Assembly (NCBI GenBank): GCA_049973735.1
Contig: JBMFJL010000040.1
Span: 1 to 5,408 of the forward strand
Direction: 5' to 3'
From: Nanopusillaceae archaeon
GTDB taxonomy: Archaea > Nanobdellota > Nanobdellia > Nanobdellales > Nanobdellaceae
Length of the DNA stretch: 5,408 nucleotides
Shown in pieces: positions 1-4,736 of this stretch. The notes below the pieces were generated by a model that was given only the letters and a program-made list of their open reading frames with translations, was not told where the DNA came from and ran no database searches. A program made the position numbers and the translations under genes. Within the stretch, counting starts at the first letter, position 1. Each line of letters starts with the position of its first letter.

Positions 1-1375
1 CTTGCCAAATATCAATAAAATAATAGTTAGGAAAAGAAGTAGTAAGGGTATTACATACATATGTTGTAGGTATACTATAGTAAGTTCCGCCATAACTAAA
101 GTATACTAAGCCATAAGTATTTTTATTGTATATTGCATAGCTAGAACCTAAGGATGTATATATCATACCTGACTTTAAATCACTATATCGAGAAAAATCA
201 TAATTTAAATTTGGACCAACAATAAAATTAAAAGTTTGAGAAATATTTGGTTGATAAATAATATTTATTTGTGGTATAACATCATATGGGATTAAAACTA
301 AATAATAAGCATCAATAGACCCATAACTGGTAGATATCGATATATCTGTACTTCTACCAACATTACAATAATAAAAATAAGGCATAGAATATGTTTTGAG
401 AGATATATCACAACTTTTTCCTATGTTTATGTTACCAGAAGCTAGATAACTATTTTTATTTATATTAAATAACGCCAGATAGTATCCTTTGTTTATTTTT
501 CTTTTAGAGGAAATAGTAAAGGAACCGTAGGATGTTGAATAAATTTCGTTTCCAGGATCTAAGTAATCTACTTCTATTTTAGTGTCATTATTCCAATTCA
601 GACTAAATTCTCGATAATTCTGATATACAAAATGATCATAGAAAGGGAATATTTGAGATCCATCAACAGAATATGGATTATTAGTCAAAATCGGAGAAAT
701 ATTTAATATTATGTAACTATTCTTAGAGATATTTACATTAACCCAAACTCCATACGCTTTATTATTTATATTACTACAATTAAATTGATAATTTAAATAA
801 CAAAAGTAATATTGATTACCACTCAAGTCCGTTATGTTTAAATTATATCCACTTTGTAACCAATAAAATACTACTGGAGAAGTAATAAATACAGGATAAT
901 TATTTAAATTTTTATTAGATGGATTTGAAATATTTATTAAAACATATTGTGGTTGACTAACAAAATTTAAGTTGCTTATATTTAAATAGAAAAATAAACC
1001 AACATTTGGATCTAAATAGGTATCATTTGTATTATTTAATACTCCGGAATAAGTAGTTAGAAAGGAAATGTTCAAAGGATAAAATATTGGAAAATTTGTA
1101 CAAAAATCTTTATATGCATAACTTGTTACATTTTTATAAATGCATTGATAGTACATAGAAACAGGAACAGATACATTAAAAGATACCAAATAATACTGTG
1201 AATTTATAGAATTAAATATTTTATTAACATATTGCTTATAATAACTTATTTCATTATTCAAATCAATTCTAGATCCTATGCTATTATAATAAACTAAAAA
1301 ATAAAAGGATAAGAAGGAAATAAATATTACTATTGCAATAACTCCTTCAACTTGTTTTATTAACGACTTAGCCAC
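1..1375 (-). CDS. Partial CDS (C-terminus beyond left edge): membrane-anchored, Asn/Tyr/Ser-rich putative secreted or surface glycoprotein with a possible class III (prepilin-like) signal or signal-anchor N-terminus; absent from the supplied ORF track
   Basis: I checked every in-frame triplet by hand (plus positions 2-4, 5-7, ...). There is no tta/cta/tca, the minus-strand stops, from position 2 to 1384, so the frame is open for 458 codons and runs off the window. Translation from GTG (1375-1373): (M)AKSLIKQVEGVIAIVIFISFLSFYFLVYYNSIGSRIDLNNEISYYKQYVNKIFNSINSQYYLVSFNVSVPVSMYYQCIYKNVTSYAYKDF...FPNYYFIDIWQ. A short Lys-containing leader is followed by an uncharged hydrophobic stretch of about 20 residues. 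The rest is N/Y/S/I-rich with few charges, 7 Cys and 13 N-x-S/T sequons by my count (recurring N-I-S). No ATG or TTG lies upstream of the hydrophobic segment. The next in-frame starts (TTG 1261-1259, ATG 1156-1154) would delete it. Product family not recognised. Confidence 0.6.
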   Translation of the reverse strand, partial: MAKSLIKQVEGVIAIVIFISFLSFYFLVYYNSIGSRIDLNNEISYYKQYVNKIFNSINSQYYLVSFNVSVPVSMYYQCIYKNVTSYAYKDFCTNFPIFYPLNISFLTTYSGVLNNTNDTYLDPNVGLFFYLNISNLNFVSQPQYVLINISNPSNKNLNNYPVFITSPVVFYWLQSGYNLNITDLSGNQYYFCYLNYQFNCSNINNKAYGVWVNVNISKNSYIILNISPILTNNPYSVDGSQIFPFYDHFVYQNYREFSLNWNNDTKIEVDYLDPGNEIYSTSYGSFTISSKRKINKGYYLALFNINKNSYLASGNINIGKSCDISLKTYSMPYFYYCNVGRSTDISISTSYGSIDAYYLVLIPYDVIPQINIIYQPNISQTFNFIVGPNLNYDFSRYSDLKSGMIYTSLGSSYAIYNKNTYGLVYFSYGGTYYSIPTTYVCNTLTTSFPNYYFIDIWQ

Positions 1376-2658
1376 AGTCTTTTTCTAATCAAAGTTGGAT
1401 CTGCCCCTCCATGCCAAGATACTCTTGGCTTCATTTGTACCGGATATATTCTCTCAGATTTATCATCTAAAATCAAAGCGGCCCCTTTTCTTTTAGGTAG
1501 ATTCTCGTTCATGTATATTTCTATATCTTGTGATGTGAAATTTCTCATTATCATATTCAAAGATTTTAAATCAAGTTCGGCAGTTATTCTGTGGGATATT
1601 ACAATATCACTCTGAGTAATTACATCTGTATGCATTTTACCTGGTTGCTGTGTTGCAAGTACTAAAGTAATTCCTGGCTGTCTACCTTCTCTAATTATCT
1701 GTATTAATGGTTCTGTTGCAGGTGTTATGGAGTCATTTGGTATTGCTTCATGGGCTTCATCTATTGCTATCCAGATCAATGGAAAATCTCTTTTATCTAA
1801 TTCTCTAGATATGTATAGTTCATCTAATTCTTCTTTTTTTCTATATAGCAATCTTTCATAGAATATTTTTTTTGATACAAGTCCTATTACTAAATTCTTT
1901 ATGGACCATCCACCTGTAATTGCAGTATATAATGATACATCTAAAATATTTATGTGTCCTGGTCTTATTATATTTTTTAAAGTTTCTGCCTTTTCAGAAA
2001 ATAATCCCCAAGATTCTGCATTTTCAAAATATGTTGTAATAGCACTTTTTATTTTACTATCAATATACAATTTCTCAGTATAATTTATTATATCTTGTAT
2101 TGAATAACCATTTGAAGTTTCTTTCATCCTTTTAATTATTTTTTGTATATATATTCCTTCTTGTGATGTAGGGTTTAGATTAAATGTTAGAGCCCATTCA
2201 ATTCCCGATAAATCTGCAGGGTTTAAAGTAAAAACATCATCTACTGGTAGATTTATTTTCCTGTATTTATCAACAATGCCTTCCGGTACTAATAATTTTG
2301 CATTTTTTATTGCCATAGGTTTTAAATCCCATTTCTCAAGCAATTCAGCTTCTTTATAATTTGGAAATTTCATGGTCCAAAATATTCCCATTGTATCAAA
2401 AATTAATCCAGCAAAATTTTCTAATAATTCTTTTTCTAACATTGAAAAACTTTCAAAAATAGATGCTAAAGTATAACTTTTACCTTGCCCTCTTTTTCCA
2501 GCAATTAATATCAAATGTGGAAAATTTACATCTAGAAAGACTCTATTAGATAAAGATAATGCATTTTCCATTTTTATATATTCTTTTCCTATAAATATCG
2601 TAGCTAGATATTTGAATTTTTCAAAATCATCCAACGATCTCCCTACAATAATATCCAT
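1360..2658 (-). CDS. HerA/FtsK-superfamily P-loop NTPase (DUF87-type archaeal ATPase)
   Basis: 432-aa ORF with ATG start. Walker A is AGKRGQGKSYT, Walker B is LIWIAIDEAHE, followed by LVLATQQPGKMHTDVITQSDIVISHRIT, the ATQxP...hR pattern typical of HerA/FtsK-like ATPases. Walker A sits only about 55 residues from the N-terminus, leaving little room for the N-terminal barrel domain of canonical HerA (recalled family architecture). No NurA-like partner is visible. Confidence 0.85.
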   Translation of the reverse strand: MDIIVGRSLDDFEKFKYLATIFIGKEYIKMENALSLSNRVFLDVNFPHLILIAGKRGQGKSYTLASIFESFSMLEKELLENFAGLIFDTMGIFWTMKFPNYKEAELLEKWDLKPMAIKNAKLLVPEGIVDKYRKINLPVDDVFTLNPADLSGIEWALTFNLNPTSQEGIYIQKIIKRMKETSNGYSIQDIINYTEKLYIDSKIKSAITTYFENAESWGLFSEKAETLKNIIRPGHINILDVSLYTAITGGWSIKNLVIGLVSKKIFYERLLYRKKEELDELYISRELDKRDFPLIWIAIDEAHEAIPNDSITPATEPLIQIIREGRQPGITLVLATQQPGKMHTDVITQSDIVISHRITAELDLKSLNMIMRNFTSQDIEIYMNENLPKRKGAALILDDKSERIYPVQMKPRVSWHGGADPTLIRKRLWLSR

Positions 2659-2680
2659 ATTTTTAAATATTTATTTTTCC

Positions 2681-2689
2681 TTTAATAAA
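2681..2689 (-). promoter_or_regulatory. Candidate archaeal TATA box (TTTATTAAA on minus strand) for the ATPase gene; leaderless spacing
   Basis: Plus-strand tttaataaa reads TTTATTAAA on the minus strand. Its 3' end lies 22 nt upstream of the ATG at 2658, the same spacing as the TATA-like boxes upstream of two other genes here. The region is AT-rich overall, so specificity is limited. Confidence 0.4.
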
Positions 2690-2694
2690 TAAGG

Positions 2695-2702
2695 TTATTA
2701 AA
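2695..2702 (+). promoter_or_regulatory. Candidate archaeal TATA box (TTATTAAA) for the NMNAT gene; leaderless spacing
   Basis: TTATTAAA ends 21 nt before the ATG at 2724. It sits in the 65-nt divergent intergenic region shared with the ATPase gene. Confidence 0.4.
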
Positions 2703-2723
2703 ATATGTTATAACTTAATAGTA

Positions 2724-3350
2724 ATGTCAGATAAATATGTTGCTTTGATGATGGGTAGGTATCAACCACCTCATGAAGGTCATATTTATGCTATAGAATC
2801 TGTAGTAGAAAAATATAATTTAGATAAAATCATTGTTATTGTAGTAAGTAAAAAATGTCTAATATCAGAAAAGGATCCTTTGGATTTGAATTTTAGAGTT
2901 TATCTATTAGAAAAATGCTTAAAAAATAATTTTGCAGATAAAGAAATACATGTATATGGATTAGAATATGAACGTTATTTAGATTTATTTGTAGAAGTAG
3001 AAAAAATATTATCAGAACATGGTAAAAAATATATAATAGTAACTTCTGATAAAAATAGAGAAATATTGTTCAAAGTAGCATCTATCCTTTATTTTTTCTA
3101 TGGAGGTTATAAAATAAAAGTAGAATTAGAAGATAGAATTATAAGTGGTACATATATAAGGGAAGAGATAAGAAAAGGAAATTATAATGTTCTGAAGTAT
3201 ATAGCATGTTATAATTTACTTTCGGAAGAAGAAAAACAGCGTATAGTTAATGGAATAATAAATAGTGTAAGTGCACCCGCCGGGATTCGAACCCGGGTCG
3301 CGGGCTTGGAAGGCCCGCATCCTACCACTAGACGACGGGTGCTTATTTAA
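2724..3350 (+). CDS. nadM: Nicotinamide-nucleotide adenylyltransferase (archaeal NMNAT, cytidylyltransferase fold) with a 26-codon C-terminal tail encoded antisense to tRNA-Gly
   Basis: N-terminal GRYQPPHEGH matches the archaeal NMNAT GRFQPxHxGH (HxGH) motif. ISGTYIREEIRKG matches the second (I/Y)SGTxIR motif. The homologous part ends around ...NGIINSV (about 182 aa, close to the roughly 170-aa archaeal enzymes as recalled). The remaining SAPAGIRTRVAGLEGPHPTTRRRVLI is the translated reverse complement of tRNA-Gly. Stop TAA at 3348-3350. Confidence 0.85.
   Translation: MSDKYVALMMGRYQPPHEGHIYAIESVVEKYNLDKIIVIVVSKKCLISEKDPLDLNFRVYLLEKCLKNNFADKEIHVYGLEYERYLDLFVEVEKILSEHGKKYIIVTSDKNREILFKVASILYFFYGGYKIKVELEDRIISGTYIREEIRKGNYNVLKYIACYNLLSEEEKQRIVNGIINSVSAPAGIRTRVAGLEGPHPTTRRRVLI
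3272..3342 (-). tRNA. tRNA-Gly (anticodon UCC), 71 nt, no encoded CCA
   Basis: Reverse complement: GCACCCG UC GUCU AGUGGUA GGAU G CGGGC CUUCCAA GCCCG CGAC CCGGG UUCGAAU CCCGG CGGGUGC A. The 7-bp acceptor stem is perfect, with 5-bp anticodon and T stems, a canonical UUCGAAU T-loop, a 4-nt variable loop and discriminator A. 49/71 G+C by hand count. Confidence 0.95.
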
Positions 3351-3389
3351 AATATTGAATACTAAAAGTTAAAAAATGTTATCCTTCTG

Positions 3390-3394
3390 AAAAA
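3390..3394 (-). terminator. Oligo-T tract (TTTTT on minus strand) immediately 3' of tRNA-Ala
   Basis: Plus-strand aaaaa at 3390-3394 reads TTTTT directly after the tRNA-Ala discriminator base. Oligo-T runs are the usual archaeal termination signal. This implies tRNA-Gly may have its own promoter; a TTTTTTAA box lies at 3368-3376 on the minus strand, about -26 to -34. Confidence 0.4.
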
Positions 3395-3466
3395 TGGACC
3401 CGCCGGGATTCGAACCCGGGATCTCCGGCTAGCCAGGCCGGCATCCTACCACTAGACTACGGGCCC
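3395..3466 (-). tRNA. tRNA-Ala (anticodon GGC), 72 nt, G3:U70 identity pair present, no encoded CCA
   Basis: Reverse complement: GGGCCCG UA GUCU AGUGGUA GGAU G CCGGC CUGGCUA GCCGG AGAUC CCGGG UUCGAAU CCCGG CGGGUCC A. The cloverleaf folds cleanly. The acceptor stem holds the G3:U70 wobble, the universal alanine identity element, consistent with the GGC anticodon. Confidence 0.95.
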
Positions 3467-3472
3467 TAGTAA

Positions 3473-3480
3473 TTATAAAT
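3473..3480 (+). promoter_or_regulatory. Candidate TATA box (TTATAAAT) for the C/D box sRNA at 3506
   Basis: TTATAAAT ends 25 nt upstream of the C box, which would place a transcription start a few nt before the C box. It lies in the 39-nt AT-rich spacer shared divergently with tRNA-Ala. Confidence 0.3.
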
Positions 3481-3505
3481 AATTATAGAATAATAAAATT
3501 AATAA

Positions 3506-3555
3506 GTGATGAACATCGGTTCTTCTGATAAAAATGATGAAAAAAGAGCTTCTGA
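3506..3555 (+). ncRNA. C/D box sRNA (2'-O-methylation guide), canonical architecture
   Basis: C box GUGAUGA (3506-3512), 12-nt spacer ACAUCGGUUCUU, D' box CUGA (3525-3528), 5-nt loop UAAAA, C' box AUGAUGA (3534-3540), 11-nt spacer AAAAAGAGCUU, D box CUGA (3552-3555). All four boxes match consensus (RUGAUGA/CUGA) in the correct order with the archaeal spacing of about 12 nt; total 50 nt. It sits in an intergenic gap between tRNA-Ala and the 64-aa gene. The track ORF 3534-3809 starts inside the C' box. Confidence 0.8.
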
Positions 3556-3556
3556 T

Positions 3557-3751
3557 CTATGCTTGGAACTTGTCCCCTACCTTTCTAACAGCACCTTCTT
3601 TTACTAATCTTGTTAAGAGTGCTTTGATTACTCTTACTCTTGTTCTTGGTCTCTTAGATTTAACAGATTTTACCAATTCATCTACCGTTTTTGGGCTCTT
3701 TAATAGCTCTAATATAACGTCTTTCAAAAGTTTTCTTTGTCTTCTCGCCAT
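3557..3751 (-). CDS. Small (64 aa) basic winged-helix-type DNA-binding protein, putative transcription regulator
   Basis: MARRQRKLLKDVILELLKSPKTVDELVKSVKSKRPRTRVRVIKALLTRLVKEGAVRKVGDKFQA. The pattern fits helix (KLLKDVILELL), helix (TVDELVKSV), recognition helix (RVIKALLTRLVKEG) and wing (AVRKVGDKF). The coding strand is purine-rich with AGA Arg codons like the other genes here. A palindromic TATA box lies 22 nt upstream of the ATG. The competing plus-strand ORF is a low-complexity hydrophobic shadow. Family assignment rests on pattern only. Confidence 0.65.
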   Translation of the reverse strand: MARRQRKLLKDVILELLKSPKTVDELVKSVKSKRPRTRVRVIKALLTRLVKEGAVRKVGDKFQA

Positions 3752-3773
3752 AATAATATTTACATTTTTTTAT

Positions 3774-3781
3774 TTTATAAA
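3774..3781 (-). promoter_or_regulatory. TATA box TTTATAAA (palindromic) for the 64-aa gene; leaderless spacing
   Basis: TTTATAAA reads the same on both strands. Its minus-strand 3' end is 22 nt upstream of the ATG at 3751. It is 57 nt from the GTPase ATG at 3839, so it probably does not serve that gene. An AT box at 3801-3818 (aaaatataatataatttt) is better placed for the GTPase. Confidence 0.45.
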
Positions 3782-3838
3782 TCTAACATTAGCATTTAAT
3801 AAAATATAATATAATTTTATCTTTAAATTATTTCACTT

Positions 3839-4573
3839 ATGGATAAAAGATTGCTAGATTTAATAAATAGATCTGATGTATTATTGGAAATTCTTGATTC
3901 TAGATTCCCAAAAGAATGTAGAATTAGATACTTAGAAGAATATATTAAAAGTAGAAAAAAGAAGTTAATAATTGTATTGAATAAGGCAGATCTTGTAACT
4001 GAAGATTTTTTGTCTGTAGTGGTTGAAGAATTTAATAAAGAATTTCCAACAGTATATGTTTCTGCAAAAACTAGAAAAGGAAGTAGAAAATTAAGAAAAA
4101 CAATAAAGGAGAATTCAGATAAAAATAAAGAAAAAGTCTATATAGGCTTATTTGGTTATCCTAATACTGGGAAATCATCTGTAATAAATTTATTAGTTGG
4201 AAGAAAAAGAGCAAAGACATCTCCGATTCCTGGATTTACTAGAGGATTACAGATTGTAAAACTTTCTAGAAGATTTTATTTGATTGATTCTCCAGGTGTT
4301 GTAATACCAGAAGATAAATATTTATTGGCAATTTTGGGAGGGATCAAGGTAGAAAATCTCGAGTTTCCACAGAAAGCTGTATTATATTTATATAAGAAAA
4401 TAGGAAAAACTCCATTTAAAGAATATTATAAAATAGAATTTGAAAATATAAAGGATCTATTTTTGAAATTAAGAGAGAAATATAATATAAAGGATAAAGA
4501 TTGGATAAAAAAAGTGGCAAGGATAATATTATATGATTGGCAAAAAGGAAATTTAAAAGGATTCTGGTTTTAA
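3839..4573 (+). CDS. Circularly permuted GTPase of the YlqF/RbgA (MMR1-HSR1) family, putative ribosome-biogenesis GTPase
   Basis: 244-aa ORF. The motif order is permuted: G4 NKADL (IIVLNKADL) and G5 (VSAKT) precede G1 GYPNTGKSSVIN, G2 (GFTRG) and G3 DSPG. The N-terminal DVLLEILDSRFP matches the conserved D-x-R-x-P region of this family. Confidence 0.85.
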   Translation: MDKRLLDLINRSDVLLEILDSRFPKECRIRYLEEYIKSRKKKLIIVLNKADLVTEDFLSVVVEEFNKEFPTVYVSAKTRKGSRKLRKTIKENSDKNKEKVYIGLFGYPNTGKSSVINLLVGRKRAKTSPIPGFTRGLQIVKLSRRFYLIDSPGVVIPEDKYLLAILGGIKVENLEFPQKAVLYLYKKIGKTPFKEYYKIEFENIKDLFLKLREKYNIKDKDWIKKVARIILYDWQKGNLKGFWF

Positions 4574-4591
4574 ATTTTAAAAAGTAATTTA

Positions 4592-4650
4592 AACCGCGGT
4601 CTTGCCAGCCTCATACTCAGTATTCTTCATTGATCGGAAGGCACGACATA
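4592..4650. other. Unassigned GC-rich island, candidate structured RNA (strand and class unknown)
   Basis: 4593-4649 is 29/57 G+C by hand count, against a much more AT-rich background in which the only other GC-rich islands are the tRNAs. A possible stem pairs 4599-4606 (GUCUUGCC) with 4640-4647 (GGCACGAC): 7 pairs plus one U/C mismatch, enclosing 33 nt. An inner mini-hairpin AUAC-UCA-GUAU lies at 4613-4623. No tRNA T-loop, C/D boxes or credible ORF is present. It lies in the convergent gap after the GTPase stop. Confidence 0.3.
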
Positions 4651-4685
4651 AAATATTAATATTTAATCCAAAATTTATATTTATT

Positions 4686-4734
4686 ATGAAGATAACGATG
4701 TCGGCTGAACAATGATGAAAAGAGGGTAATCAGA
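4686..4734 (+). ncRNA. C/D box sRNA candidate with variant terminal boxes
   Basis: C box AUGAAGA (4686-4692, one deviation from RUGAUGA), 12-nt spacer UAACGAUGUCGG, D' CUGA (4705-4708), 3-nt loop ACA, C' AUGAUGA (4712-4718), 12-nt spacer AAAGAGGGUAAU, D box CAGA (4731-4734, one deviation from CUGA). The layout is exactly 7-12-4-3-7-12-4 and is intergenic. An AT-rich TATA-like stretch (uuaauauuuaa, 4657-4667) lies about 20-30 nt upstream. Confidence 0.6.
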
Positions 4735-4736
4735 TA

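Noticed and set aside
1901-2083. 60-aa plus-strand ORF inside the ATPase gene
   Set aside because: It is fully antisense to a well-supported ATPase CDS. It has no motifs and no promoter context, so it is a typical shadow ORF in AT-rich DNA.
2745-2755. UGAUGAUG string inside the NMNAT gene resembling a C box
   Set aside because: It lies within coding sequence (ALMMG), and no CUGA follows at a guide distance of about 12 nt.
3275-3457. Direct repeats: 23 nt at 3275-3297 and 3398-3420, 17 nt at 3317-3333 and 3441-3457. Possible CRISPR-like or att-site repeats.
   Set aside because: They are the T-arm/acceptor and D-arm segments of two neighbouring tRNA genes. There are only two copies, no spacer periodicity, and no integrase or other mobile-element gene nearby.
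3384-3555. Three copies of cttctga (3384-3390, 3522-3528, 3549-3555)
   Set aside because: Two of them are just the D' and D boxes of sRNA1 with their last guide nucleotides. The third lies in the tRNA spacer with no associated C box. A 7-mer recurring in a short window is weak evidence.
3534-3809. 91-aa plus-strand ORF (MMKKELLIYAWNLSPTFLTAPSF...)
   Set aside because: It starts with the AUGAUGA C' box of the sRNA. It is a low-complexity hydrophobic (L/F/T/S-rich) antisense shadow of the better-supported 64-aa minus-strand gene, which has purine-rich codons and a correctly spaced TATA box.
4592-4650. GC-rich island as a split-tRNA half, intron-containing tRNA, H/ACA sRNA or minus-strand C/D sRNA
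   Set aside because: Neither strand has a T-loop (UUCRAAU) or a D-loop motif. The stem plus ACA (4646-4648) gives only about 51 nt, with a 33-nt interior too small for a pseudouridylation pocket plus a kink-turn upper stem. The minus-strand UGAAGA-AUA-CUGA and AUGAGG motifs have the wrong order and spacing for C/D boxes.
4696-4706. 11-nt CGAUGUCGGCU in the sRNA2 D' guide is identical to a universally conserved 23S rRNA peptidyl-transferase-region sequence (recalled: CUCGAUGUCGGCUC)
   Set aside because: The match has the same polarity as the rRNA, not antisense, so this guide cannot pair there. The minus strand, which would be complementary, has no C/D boxes. I treat it as coincidence unless a genome-wide analysis says otherwise.
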